64,000 bases of DNA, from contig JBMNJG010000011.1 of the NCBI GenBank assembly GCA_050951545.1, positions 64,001-128,000 of the forward strand, read 5' to 3'. Shown here piece by piece: positions 8,534-19,227 of the stretch (position 1 is the stretch's first letter; each line of letters begins with the position of its first letter). The notes under the pieces are model-generated. The model was not told where the DNA came from. It did no database searches and saw only the letters and a list, made by a program, of their open reading frames with translations. The DNA comes from Limnochordia bacterium (lineage in GTDB: Bacteria; Bacillota; Limnochordia; DTU080). The position numbers and the translations under genes were made by a program.

Positions 8534-9019
8534 TTGTGTGGTAGATTAGCCATACCCACCGCAGCGCCCATCCAGGAGTCGTGTCCACCCGCCAGTCCAT
8601 CGCGCCCGTCATATGGCGAACTCATTGAGGCCCGTCAAATCGAGCTAGGCTTTGACTGAAAAGGACGCCGGCCGAGATCCCAGGTTTGGTAGATGGGAGG
8701 GAAGAGGGTGGTCGTCCCTCTGGTACTAGTCTTGCCTGGCGCTAGTGGCGCGTTCCTACTTCGCCTCCGGCCAAGCGGGGCATGTGTATGGGTGACGAGA
8801 TTGATGTCGCGTGATCGGACGGCCACGCTTGGATGGCAGGTGAAGGTGCCAGAGCCCTTCGCCCTTCGGGGGCAAAAGCTTGGTCATGAGTTGGTCATGA
8901 CTCGGACCGCACGGGGCAAGATGGGGCCGCTCTAGGCGGACCGGTTGTAGGCAACGGGCCAGCGAGACGCATTACGAGTAGCCGCGGCGGCATACACCAG
9001 ACTCGGGCAATGCAACCTC

Positions 9020-9060
9020 TAATGCGGGTGTCCTGGGTTCGAGTCCCAGCGGGCTCACCA
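9020..9060 (+). other. Second att core: tRNA 3' half with a Lys-type acceptor end
   Basis: TAATGCGGGTGTCCTGGGTTCGAGTCCCAGCGGGCTCACCA, followed by a hairpin (9065-9102) similar to the one after the first core. Tandem 11-bp repeat TTGGTCATGA at 8880/8891. Confidence 0.8.
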
Positions 9061-9447
9061 AACGAAAACGCCTTCCCTAAGCGGTTTCTGGGAGGGTGTT
9101 TGGCTTTGTTGGGGGGGGTGGACAAGGTGACGATCTCAGATCTGCCATCCGGTCTGTCCTCCATTTGCGCTGGTCCCTGTGGGTACACGCAAGCTCGCCG
9201 GGCGTATCTGCCTACAAGGGCATGAGGCTCCTGCTAGTGAACCTCAGACGATGGTAATACACAAAGCAGTAAGGAATGGGGCAAGACGAAAAGGAAATAA
9301 ACACGCCGCTCGTAAATAATAAATAGTCATTGAGTATCCATGGCATGAGACATACCTGATAATGCGGGCTGTCTTGCAGCTCCTTGACGGACTAATGTCC
9401 CTTTGCCATGAAGGATGCCTCAAGAGTGATACCATAGGAGGGGTATT

Positions 9448-9634
9448 ATGCAGCGGTCATGCTCAATGTACTGGCTCAGATTTCTGCTCGTGTTACTTAT
9501 CGTTGTTGGGGTTAGCCATTTCGCTGCCGCAAAGACCACGATCACTCTGCTTGCTGGTAACGTTAACGAAAACATCTGGAGTGCGGCACTTGCGTCGTTT
9601 GAGCGGGACAATCCGGATATCGAAGTGCGGTACG
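9448..9634 (+). pseudogene. N-terminus of a carbohydrate ABC solute-binding protein, cut by IS3
   Basis: Signal peptide followed by TITLL...FERDNPDIEVRY; the IS starts at 9635. Confidence 0.8.
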
Positions 9635-11208
9635 TGTCAAGCCCTGTGAGACACCTACATACAAAGTTTAACTGAACTGACGAGGTCACATCATCTCCTT
9701 GGGGCGGGTTGATCCACACGGCCGTTGGAACTGCAGCGGATCGGGGGGGCGGGCCCCCACGAAACGCTCCGGATGTGCCGCATAGGCGGCGTCAAGGATC
9801 TGCTGCCTTCGGGGCCAACACCTCATCGGCACGGCCGTAGTGTAGCGTTTCCGGGGTGAGAAGGCCAATTCCGGAGTGCCGATGACGCTTGTTTGTACCA
9901 GTCGAAGAAGTGCTGGCAGAAGGCTCGGGCGTCCTGAATCGAACCGAAACGTTTGGGGAAATCAGGCCGATACTTCAGCGTCTTGAACTGGGCCTCTGAG
10001 AACGGATTGTCGTTGCTGGTATGGGGTCTGCTGTGCGTTTTCCGTGATGCCCAGGTCCGCCAGCAGGAAGGCAACAACAGCCTTGGAGGTCATCGCTGAC
10101 CCACGATCGGCGTGTACTGTAAGTTGGCCAGGCGAAACCCCCTGTTTGTCCACGGTGAAGGCAATAAAGCGTTCGGCAAGAGCTGCGCTTTCACGTTCGG
10201 CTATCATCCAACCGACGACGTAGCGGCTGAAGATGTCCATGATGACATAGAGATAGTAGTACGTCCATTTGGCTGGTCCAAGCAGTTTGGTGATGTCCCA
10301 GGACCACACCTGGTTTGGGCCTGTGGCAAGCAGCCTCGGGCTTTTGGTAGTTGGATGGCGCAGTTGGTCACGGCGCTCTCGCACCTCGCCGTGTTCCTCC
10401 AGGATGCGGTACATGGTCCTGATGGAGCAGAGGTAGATCCCGTCCTCGTCGAGTAAGCGTGGCGTAGACGCTAGCAGGGGCTTGATCGACAAAAACGCTC
10501 TGAGCGAAGCACTTTGAGCACCTCTTCCCTTTCGTCATCACTTAACGCCCGGGCCGGCTTGGCCCTTACCGCATCGCCTGTCTGCTGCCTGGGATTGCGC
10601 GCTTCCGGTACACGGTCGCCCGGGGGACACCTAGCACACGGCACGCCTCCGCTGTACCGACAAGGCCTGAAAGCTCCTCTACACCCTCGATCAGCTGCTC
10701 CCGCCACTGGAGGAGCCCTGAGTCGGAAAGCCAAGCAGATCTGAGATTTTTTTTTGCACCTCGATGACCGTTTCGGCTTTCTCTAGCCTCGCCTTTAGCT
10801 GCTCCACCTCACGCTCTAGTTCAGCAATTCGGCGTGCCTTGGCCCGATCGGCGTCTTGCTTTGGGCCCCGGTTTCTGCGTGGCTAGTCCCGCTAGCAGAA
10901 CCCTTTTCCCTCTGCTGCCGCCAATAGGTCAGATGTGAGGCATACAGTCCTTCGCGGCGCAGCAAAGCGCCCCTTTCCTGGGCCGTACAAGCCTCCGCTT
11001 CCTTTAGGATTCGTAGCTTGTACTCCGCTGTGAAAGTCCGTCGCGGTTGCCCGCGGCACCACCTCCGGGTTTGGTGGTACCTCTAGACCTCTGGCCATGC
11101 CTTGTCCGTACACCCTTGTTAACGTCCGCCCTTGCTGTTCATGCCATCCACCTCTCCCACCCTCTACACTAAATTCGGGATGGAAGGGTGGTCTCACCTA
11201 TCTTGGCA
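9635..11208 (-). mobile_element. IS3-family element with frameshifted transposase
   Basis: TG...CA termini with IRs TGTCAAGCCCTGTGAGAC / TGCCAAGATAGGTGAGAC. Fragments contain WSWDITKL, HADRGSAM and NDNPFSEAQFKTLKY. A-run slippery site near 10746-10754. Confidence 0.9.
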
Positions 11209-11211
11209 CAG

Positions 11212-12408
11212 AGGGTGGAACCGATTTTCGTCGCGTGGGATGCTGCCGACGATAAGTTCGTCACCATGGTAGCGGGTGGCTCTGCGCCGGATGTGTTCCT
11301 GGCAGAACTCAGTGTACGGGTGGCCTACATATGCATATAAGGGGCTGCTACTGGATCTCTCACCGCTTGTAAACAAAAACAAAGACCAGATCAAATACCA
11401 GGATGTCCTTCCCGTCGGCTGGAACAATGCCATGGTTGGAGGAAGATTGAGCGGCTTCGCTGGACTGTCTTCTGGGTTTGGCGTAAAGGTACAACGCTAC
11501 CCTATTTGAGGAAGCTGGCCTGTCTCTGCCGCCTACAGACTGGAACGATACCTCGTGGAACTGGAATACGATGGGTTGACTATGCTCGCAAAGTGACAGT
11601 GGTCAACAGCGATGGACAGGCCACTTGTATGGGTGTTGACTTCTGGGATGCTGACAATCTCATTGGTTACGCCTGGGCATTTGGAGGAGACTGGTTCAGT
11701 CCCGAGTCCTATCCAACAGGGGTTGTCGACCAAGTGACATTGGTCACGCCACAGAACATAGAAGCCTACGAGGCACTTGCCTCTCTGAAGGCTGAGACGG
11801 GGGTACGTCCGGGTGGTCGGATCCCGTCAGCTTTTCCGATAGGCGGAGCGAATAGCTTCTTCACAGGAAACGTGGGCATGTGGATCGATGCCACTGAGCT
11901 GGTAAGTGCGGCAAAGAACCCGGCGGTTGCCGATTTCAAATGGGGCCTGGCTCCTTTCCCATTTCCTGTCAATGGCAAGCGCGAGGGGACCTTCTCTTGG
12001 AGCGGAGCCTATGCAGGGATTTCAGCAGACAGTAGGCACCCAGATGAGGCTTGGCGCCTGATCGCGTATCTGACTGCCGACACGACCGATCAGGCAGTCC
12101 GTGATGCTTCGTACATGAATCCCCGTAGATCGTTTTGGATGCGGCGCATCAATGACTGGCTGAGTGAAGGTTTGTCAGCTTTGGGTTCGAGGGAGCTGCA
12201 GCAAGTGACCTTTGGTGCACTGGAGCGAGCCCTGCCGCTTCCTCGCGTCACCATGGTGGGTGCCGATGAGGTGTGGAAGAGCGTGCAACAGTTTGTCGTT
12301 CCAGCCTTGGGAGGTCGGACCAGTGTGAAAGGCGCCTTGGAGCAGGCACAGTCGGTTGCGGAAGGTAGAGTGGTGGAGTATACCAAACAGAACGTTGGAG
12401 GGAACTAG
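11212..12408 (+). pseudogene. Carbohydrate ABC solute-binding protein, 5'-truncated and frameshifted
   Basis: RVEPIFVAWDAADDKFVTMVAGGSAPDV, GLLLDLSPLV and HPDEAWRLIAYL lie in different frames. Confidence 0.8.
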
Positions 12409-12789
12409 AGAAAGGGAGAAATCGGGGTATGCGCAGCATGTCGAGGACGACTCTGGCATGCCTGCTTGCATTGATCCTGGTTATCTCTGCCACCAGCATG
12501 TGCGAGCATTTGCTCGCACATGCTGGTATGAGTGCGGAATGGGATCCAGTGAGCAATGCAGGTTGGTTTCTGACACATCAAGGCACCTACATAGACGAGA
12601 GTGCGCTAGATCAAGGTCACGTGCTTTGGCGCACCAGTGAGTCGAGCAAGGCTTATCCTGCTGGACAGATGGCCTTCCCGTAATCAATAGGACGGGCGGT
12701 AACTGTAACAACGCACTTCTCCTTCGTCCCCTCTACAGGCGAGCATAAGATATGCCTTGCTGGTTTGGCAACCAGCCCCAGCTACTTGC

Positions 12790-13410
12790 TCAATGCGGGT
12801 TTTCCTCTAGGAAGGCGCGAATGCGCCGGCTGATCTCGCCTACAGCCGTCTTGGGCTCCGCCTGGTTAGCCCACACGGTGTTTAGTTCACCGTCAATGAT
12901 CCGCTGAAGATCCTGCCTGCCAAGCGCGACAACACGCGACGTGGTGGCCATCAGAATGTCAGGATAGATCCCCGGGTTGATAACAGTTTTCGAAAGCCAG
13001 GACAACTGAATGGGACGCGCCGGGGTGCGCCCCGCTAACCGCGCGTTCTGCGCTGCTCCGACTGGCCCTGCCGTATAAGCCACCAAGCGCCACGCGGCGT
13101 CGACATAGCGCGTTGCTCGAGTGATCGAGATACTCCAACTACCGAGATCTGACGTATAACGGCGGTCGTAGATCATGTAAAAAGCGCTCATCAGCAAAAA
13201 CTCATGATAACCGGCATGTCGATGTTCACTACATGGCGAACGGTAGCAGCAGCTATAAGCGCCACCAAACCGATCACGATAGCCCGATTGCACACGCATG
13301 CGCTCAACTCTGATGTCCGGGTTGTCCTTTTCGAAAATAGCGATGCTTTCCGCAGCCGCCTGTTCAGTAGCCTCGACTCCCGCCTGGTACATGTACTCAA
13401 TGACATGGTT
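12790..13410 (-). pseudogene. Internally deleted ABC solute-binding protein remnant
   Basis: FEKDNPDIRVE N-terminal motif joined after a short span to WSISITRATRYVDAAWRLVAY; the middle of the gene is missing. Confidence 0.75.
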
Positions 13411-13529
13411 GACCCCCCTCCCGACCAGGCAACCACGCCTGCACCGATTTGCAGACACGGCAAGCGGTGCCATGACATAACCAGCAGTTCGCCGCCATTT
13501 CCCGTGTGCGCCCGAGTGATCGCAGCCTG

Positions 13530-13630
13530 TTGTGTTCTCCTCGTACGCAGGCGCAGGACAACGCGCCCAAGCCAGGGAACGATCCCACGGCTGCGCTGTG
13601 AAAGCTACCGAGAGTTGCTTCGTAGCGATG
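13530..13630 (+). pseudogene. Remnant of an rsgA paralogue (leader fragment fused to a coding fragment)
   Basis: 13530-13568 matches the rsgA leader (reverse complement of ~18240-18278). 13569-13630 encodes SQGTIPRLRCESYRELL versus SQGAIPRLRYESYRKLL in rsgA. Confidence 0.75.
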
Positions 13631-13859
13631 CCGCCGGATGAGAACATTTTCCAACATGGAAGGTGCTTGGAAGGCATTTGAATAAGGCGGGATTCCTATG
13701 CCAACTTCTGTCCCTGGGCGGCTCCCTCGATTGTACCTCATCGCTCTATTGTGCTTTGCCGCATTACTGCCACTTGTCGCAAGTTGCGTGTCCTTCTCGA
13801 CGAGCAGGACGTCCCCGAATCCCTGGAGGTGAGACTCCCCGCTGGCAGCTATTACCCTC

Positions 13860-15589
13860 GTGGTAGTTTGTGAAGCGGAAACCAATGCATTGGTGCTTCC
13901 CTCAGAGCAACAGCTTGAGGTGATAGCCGGCCAACAGGATGTAGGAGATACCCCGCATGACTTCAGTCTGGCGCACGGATTCTACCCCCATGCGGCAGGC
14001 GTGTGGCGCCAGGGCTTGGTGCAGCTATCTCTCGCTGTCTTCTTGCTCGCTTGGGAGCGGTACCTGGTCCAGCGCCACAGGCAGTCACCTGGGGTTCTGG
14101 TAGGCAGGGCAGTGGCTCTCGCATCCATTCTGTCTGTGGCTACTTTCGGTCAGCATGCGTACCAGTGGCAGCAGTGGTGCTCACTGATGTCCGCAGGAAC
14201 TGAATACTACTTTGGTAGTACGGGATCTCTTCTGCGAGATTGGCAGAGCGTGGGAGGAACCACTTCATTGCTGCCCACTGGCGAAAAAGAGCCTACCTTC
14301 AGTGTAACGGCCTACGATATCGATCTGGTGCTGCCACAGGACGATGAAGAACCATCGGCCATAGTGATAATGGCAGTGACCACAAGCGGCGAGGAACGCT
14401 TGTTTTTCACGCTCGCACATGCCATGCACGTGGAATCGGTGGAGTACTGCTCCGATACCAAGGCGCATCTTGCAGAGCAGGATTCCTTGGCCTGGCGAGA
14501 AGCTGGCGGTTCCTGAGATGGCTGGCGCAGAGGGCAATGTGGCTTTGCGCATGAAGTACTCAATAGCAACGGAACAGCTCTGGCGAGGAGTTCAGGGTCG
14601 CCAGCTCATGCAGTTTGCAGGCGATCAAGGTGCGTATTTGAACGCCCGATTGGGCTGGTATCCTTTGGCGGGAGGGTGGTGTCTGGCAACAACAATAACC
14701 GCTATCTTTCGTCCAGGCAAACCAGTGCATGTGATGCCCGGCCTACAGGTCTTGGACCGCGAAGAGACACACCGGCACTGGCTGAACGCGGATTTCCAGC
14801 TTAGGGTGAAGGCAGCCCCGGGCCAGCTGGTGGGCGACCAACCTGTCGCCCAAGGGGGCTGGGTCAGATGAGTGGCGAGGACATGCAGGCGGCGTGTCAC
14901 TTTATGTGGCGTCGATGAGTGCCTTCACAGCTCCTGGTCTAGAGATAGTCGCTCCGAAGCAGGCCTTGCGGAATGCCGAGGTCATGCGTGATGTCTTTGG
15001 GGTGCTCGAGGGATTCTACCGCGACGTGTTGGCGATTGACCTGCCACCCGTACGCGTCACAGTGATACCGCGCTGGCTTGATCGTACTTACTCGCGTTGG
15101 ATTGCTGGCAGTACGGGGCACTTGAGGGTTAGTACTCTCCTGGGTACTGAAGCCTGGCGTGAAGAGGAGACGGCGATTGTCCTGCGAGATGCTGAGCGAT
15201 GGATGGTTGCAGGCAAGCCGAAGGGCAACTTGCTCGTCTGGGCCAGTCGATCGCTCCATGCGGCTATCCACAAAGCCCTGTGGAGTGGCCTGGACGCGCA
15301 AGGGGACTACACCCGCAACCCAGTTGCCGAGGGCGTAGTGCAGTATCTCTCAACTCTCTGGTTGGACTATGCATTGGGCGCGGACGGACCTGCTGAGTAC
15401 CGTCTTTCCCTCCAGCACTACCGATCACAGGCTGAGCTGGGCAGTCAGGTGGCACAAGTTGTCATGCGATTGGGCGAGGAACGCCAACGCGGTGGTGAGG
15501 CACCTGTGGGGCTGCTACTGCGCCAACTGAGAAGCCAGAACGACAAGGGCGAGCTGTCTTGGGGAGACTGGGTCCGTCTGACGCAATAG
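13860..15589 (+). pseudogene. Fragmented ABC-2 permease / M1 aminopeptidase-like gene
   Basis: Three consecutive ORFs (13860-14516, 14419-14871, 14894-15589) with TM helices, VTAYDIDL, WYPLAG and degenerate LHAAIHKALW...AEG motifs. Confidence 0.5.
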
Positions 15590-15629
15590 GGTGCCCGCGG
15601 GTTGCAGAACTCGTGCGAGGTGGTTGAGC

Positions 15630-15929
15630 ATGGCTTGGTGGCAGTGCTTTCGTTATACTCTACGCATATGTTGGGCTTCTCACCTGTGGCTGCTGCTCGC
15701 TGTGATGGCAGTGGCTACGACAGCGATTGTTGTGGAAGGGTACGCGGAACCACTAGCCAGAGCTCAGGCGTGGGCGTTGACGCTTGTGGAGGTGGTAGCT
15801 CCCCTGGTAGCTATGGCGGCTATGAGCCATGTCTTGACGATCGACTCTGATGCTGGATTCCTCGAGGTGCTGAGGAGTCACTCGTTGAGTGGCATGCGGT
15901 TGGCTTGGGAGCGACTAGCTGCAGACTGA
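15630..15929 (+). pseudogene. Truncated membrane protein (ABC-2 permease-like)
   Basis: Two hydrophobic helices followed by an abrupt stop. Confidence 0.4.
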
Positions 15930-15933
15930 TTCA

Positions 15934-16375
15934 GTGAAAGGCAGGGCTGGTGTGGAGGGAAGTGCAAGGGCCCTCAACGACGAGGATATCGTAGCAGCCT
16001 TGCGTCAGCGCAGTGACGTTGGCGTAGAACAGTTGCTGGCCACATACCATGCGCCACTGCTGGCCTGCGCTTTTCGTCTCTTGGCTGATCGTCATGCCGC
16101 GGAGGATGTGGTGCAGGAGTCGCTTCTGCGCTTCCTCAATTACCTAGATGATCTGCGTGATCCCGCCAGGCTGCGTGCTCAGGGAGCTTGCTCCCGCACA
16201 TGCTGAGGTCCTGATCCTTCGTTTCTACGAGGACATGGAGTTGGAGATGATTGCAGACATTCTGCGACTGCCAGTGGGCATAGTGAAGTCACGACTTCAC
16301 TATGCCCTGAAGCGCCTGCGGTGCTTGAGTCAGGCAAGGGTAGCAGAACAGAGGGTAGGGGGGGTGGGCTCATGA
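15934..16375 (+). pseudogene. ECF sigma factor with internal deletion/frameshift
   Basis: Region 2 (AEDVVQESLL) and region 4 (EVLILRFYEDM..IADIL..GIVKSRLHYALKRLR) are in different frames with the linker missing. Confidence 0.82.
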
Positions 16376-16593
16376 GCCGTAAACTGCAGCGTATGTATGT
16401 CGAAGCGGGCCTACCGAACGTTGACGAGCAGACAGCAACCTACCTGGAACTGGGCTTGGAGAATGAGAGAGTGCCCCAGCCAAGAGCAGCGGAAACGTCC
16501 CACTTACAGGCTGTGCTAAGCGAGCACATGGCTACTGCCCAGCCGCTTCGCTACCGCAAGCTCGTGGAGAGAGAGCGCCCTCTGGCTGAGTAG
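16372..16593 (+). pseudogene. Possible truncated anti-sigma factor N-terminus
   Basis: ATGA-coupled to the ECF sigma; call is positional inference only. Confidence 0.3.
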
Positions 16594-16777
16594 CGCAGTG
16601 GTGATAGCATCTGACCCCGGGGCAATGGCTGGAGTACCTAGCCCGCTTGAACAGGCGCGAGGGCAGGTATGGCAGCCGCCCGGTGCCGCAGCAGTCATTC
16701 CCACTCTTGATGATGTTTGTGAGCTCTTGGCGGAGGGCCACTTGACCACCACTGGAGCAGATAGCGAGGACTAGAAC

Positions 16778-16817
16778 AGAAAGCGACGGCCCAGCATAAG
16801 CTGGGCCTCGTCTTTCT
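16778..16817 (-). terminator. Terminator after rsgA
   Basis: AGAAAG..GGCCCAGC-ATAA-GCTGGGCC..CTTTCT hairpin. Confidence 0.65.
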
Positions 16818-16847
16818 GTTGGGGGGTGAGACTGGTCCAGATGCGCC

Positions 16848-18188
16848 TCACTGGTGCGCGCCGGGCAGAGCCAGCCCAGCCCGACTGAGTGGGAAAGGGG
16901 GCATAGCCAAGGGCTTTACCGCCAGCGAGAGTAGGAGCAGCTCGTTGTCATCGGCAGCGATTCTGTTGGAGGCCAGCGTGCCGCATTCGCTGCAGCGATG
17001 AATCACAGCCCACTCCCCGCCATGTCTAATCCAGATCGCGATGGGCTCCATCTGCCCTTCGCAGTACGACGCCCTATCGCCGGGTCGTCTGTCGAGGTGC
17101 ACACTCCACAGGCAGTGGGGGCAATGGTTGCGGTGGCGGGTACCTGCCCCTTCTGGGACTACGTGGGCCCCGCAGTGCGCGCACTCAAAGGAGCTGTCGC
17201 TGCAACTGTCCGCATGGGTGTGGCGCTGCTGGGTGGCCTCGCCAGTGTCTGCGCCACAGAGCAGCTTCCGGTAGCTCTCATAGCGCAGCCGAGGGATGGC
17301 TCCCTGGCTTACTCCGGCTTTCACCTGGCAACCGGGTTCGCCCACATGTGTGCAGTTGCCGAAAGCACACTGACCAGCATAGGGCGCAAACTCCGGGTAG
17401 TATTGCTGTAGTTCGCAGGCTGTTACATCACCCAGACCGAACTCGCGGAAGCCTGGGGTATCGATGACTCTTGTGTTGGGGCCGAGTTGCAGAAGGGTGG
17501 AGACCGTGGTGGTATGCCGCCCTTTTCCATCTGCCCCGCGCACCGCGCCGACTCGCTGCTGCACCGAGGGATTGAGGGCGTTTAGCAGCGAGCTCTTTCC
17601 TACTCCGCTATGACCGAGCAGCACCGATGTCTTGCCGCACAGCAACCTCAGCAATGCGTCAAGCCCGAAGCCAGTGTGCGTTGAGCATGCCAGTACGGGG
17701 ATCCCTAGTTTCCTGTAGGGCTGAAGAACGGCTAATTCGGTTTCAAGCGCGTGATCATCGAGCAAGTCCACTTTGTTGACGCATACCGCTGGCTCAAGTC
17801 GACCTCGATAGACCGCTACAAGGCAACGGTCGATGAGCCGTGGACGCAAGGGCGGGGCGACAACAGAGACCACAATGACTGCTAGGTCTGCGTTCGCCGC
17901 GATGGCTCTTTCCGTGCTCAAGTGGGGGTCGGCCCGTGTAAGCACCGTGCGCCGAGGCCGGGTCTCCACCACGGTATACTGTTCTGACATTCTGGCAACG
18001 ACGACGTTGTCGCCTGTCACTGGTTTTGTCATGGCCTTCTCAGCGTCACGACGCAGGGAACAGGTCACTAACTCGTCCTTTAGAGCCACTCGCCAACTGT
18101 GGCCATAAGTGGCTACCACTAGGCCCTCCTCCAGCACGGTGGCTGTATGCTTTGCTTTGGCCGTAGTCTTAGGGGAATGCTTAGCCAA
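16848..18188 (-). CDS. rsgA: RsgA-family circularly permuted GTPase fused to a C-terminal RNHCP domain
   Basis: NKVD, GHSGVGKSS, GRHTTT, DTPG and zinc motif CAFGNCTHVGEPGC, then FECAHCG..RHRNHCPHCLWSVHLD..PGDRAS.C.G.MEP..HRCSECG..NRIAADD. TTG start behind GGAGGA. Confidence 0.93.
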   Translation of the reverse strand: MAKHSPKTTAKAKHTATVLEEGLVVATYGHSWRVALKDELVTCSLRRDAEKAMTKPVTGDNVVVARMSEQYTVVETRPRRTVLTRADPHLSTERAIAANADLAVIVVSVVAPPLRPRLIDRCLVAVYRGRLEPAVCVNKVDLLDDHALETELAVLQPYRKLGIPVLACSTHTGFGLDALLRLLCGKTSVLLGHSGVGKSSLLNALNPSVQQRVGAVRGADGKGRHTTTVSTLLQLGPNTRVIDTPGFREFGLGDVTACELQQYYPEFAPYAGQCAFGNCTHVGEPGCQVKAGVSQGAIPRLRYESYRKLLCGADTGEATQQRHTHADSCSDSSFECAHCGAHVVPEGAGTRHRNHCPHCLWSVHLDRRPGDRASYCEGQMEPIAIWIRHGGEWAVIHRCSECGTLASNRIAADDNELLLLSLAVKPLAMPPFPLSRAGLALPGAHQ

Positions 18189-18192
18189 CTCT

Positions 18193-18350
18193 TGTCCTCC
18201 TCGAATGCATGAACTACGGGGTTCAACGACAACAGCCGTAGGCGCGTGATCCTGCGCCTACGGCCGAGGAGAACACAAAGACCGTCCCTGTGGACGGCCC
18301 GAGTATCAAGGCAGGTGGTGGTGGTACACAGCTGACCTTCAGGCTTCCCT
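18193..18350 (-). promoter_or_regulatory. Structured 5' leader of rsgA (candidate attenuator)
   Basis: uORF GTG-YHHHLP-TGA (18329-18306), hairpins at 18281-18298 and 18235-18264, anti-SD TGTTCTCCTCG (18275-18265) complementary to the RBS region CGAGGAGGACA (18203-18193). Confidence 0.65.
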
Positions 18351-18616
18351 CGAGACGAGGCGCAGAGCATATTCTACCTGGCGGTAGACAAGCACAATGA
18401 CCGTATCCATACTCTACGTCTCTCCTCGACTGTCTGAGATCTCCTTGCGCACCCATTATAGATTCCGGTTGCCCTGGCGTCAACAGGGCAATCGGCTATC
18501 TTGGCACGCAAGCCGTACTTACGAATAGTCAAGCCTTCTCATTCCCTCCGATCGCGCATCACCGTATATATGTGTTGCCAAGAGGCAAGCCCCAGAGTCT
18601 CAGGAGGTGCATGCAA

Positions 18617-19138
18617 GTGGGATTCCAGTCGCCGCAGTTTGATTTCATCGACAACCGGTTTCTCCATCGGCGGATCAAGACCCTTGAGGTAATCTGCTCG
18701 GAGCAAGTGCAGGCCACGCTTGATGATCCGATAGGCCCCAACCCCATCGGTGGTATTCTCGACCCTTCAACAGGTGAGTTGCTCCCCGGTCTGAGGATCG
18801 TCGTCACCGACATCGACCCTGGCGTGGGTGTAGTACCCAACAAGGTATGTAACGTGTTCGTGATCTCCTTCCAGATCGTTAACCCTTCCGGCGTGGTTCT
18901 GCTCGGAGCCACTGCGACGGTGTCAGATGCAGTGCGTTGTCCTGGCGCAGGTACGGGCCCTGGACAGACGGTGGTCCAGAAGCACGATATTCAGGTTGGC
19001 TTCTGTCTGATCCCTGTCGATACCAACGAGGACGGCATCTTCGACGCCTTCTTCATCACCCTTGACATTGAGTACTGCCTAGTCGTAGCCAAGGAGACCG
19101 TTCTTAAGATCAACGCCGCGGCTCCCTTCTGCCCATAA
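18617..19138 (+). CDS. Cys-rich hypothetical protein, spore-coat-like (copy 1)
   Basis: RBS AGGAGGTG; beta-strand-rich; DTNEDG motif; near-identical to the next gene. Spore-coat role is inferred. Confidence 0.7.
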   Translation: MGFQSPQFDFIDNRFLHRRIKTLEVICSEQVQATLDDPIGPNPIGGILDPSTGELLPGLRIVVTDIDPGVGVVPNKVCNVFVISFQIVNPSGVVLLGATATVSDAVRCPGAGTGPGQTVVQKHDIQVGFCLIPVDTNEDGIFDAFFITLDIEYCLVVAKETVLKINAAAPFCP

Positions 19139-19227
19139 CGACAATACCAGGCAGAGGGTCCGACACGAGGCGGGGCGGACCAGGTGGCCCGCCTCGCAAG
19201 CCCCAAACCTTCAGGAGGTGCATATGA

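Noticed and set aside
12429-12683. Functional small secreted protein
   Set aside because: A signal-like N-terminus that ends abruptly inside the decayed zone; more likely a gene fragment.
13410-13529. Apparent degenerate RsgA peptide (HGKRCHDITSSS resembling DGKGRHTTT)
   Set aside because: The adjacent DNA aligns to the rsgA leader, not to that coding segment, so the peptide resemblance is probably chance.
18223-18483. 86-aa ORF with PPPP upstream of rsgA
   Set aside because: No RBS and it starts upstream of the likely promoter; the short MYHHHLP frame has a better RBS.
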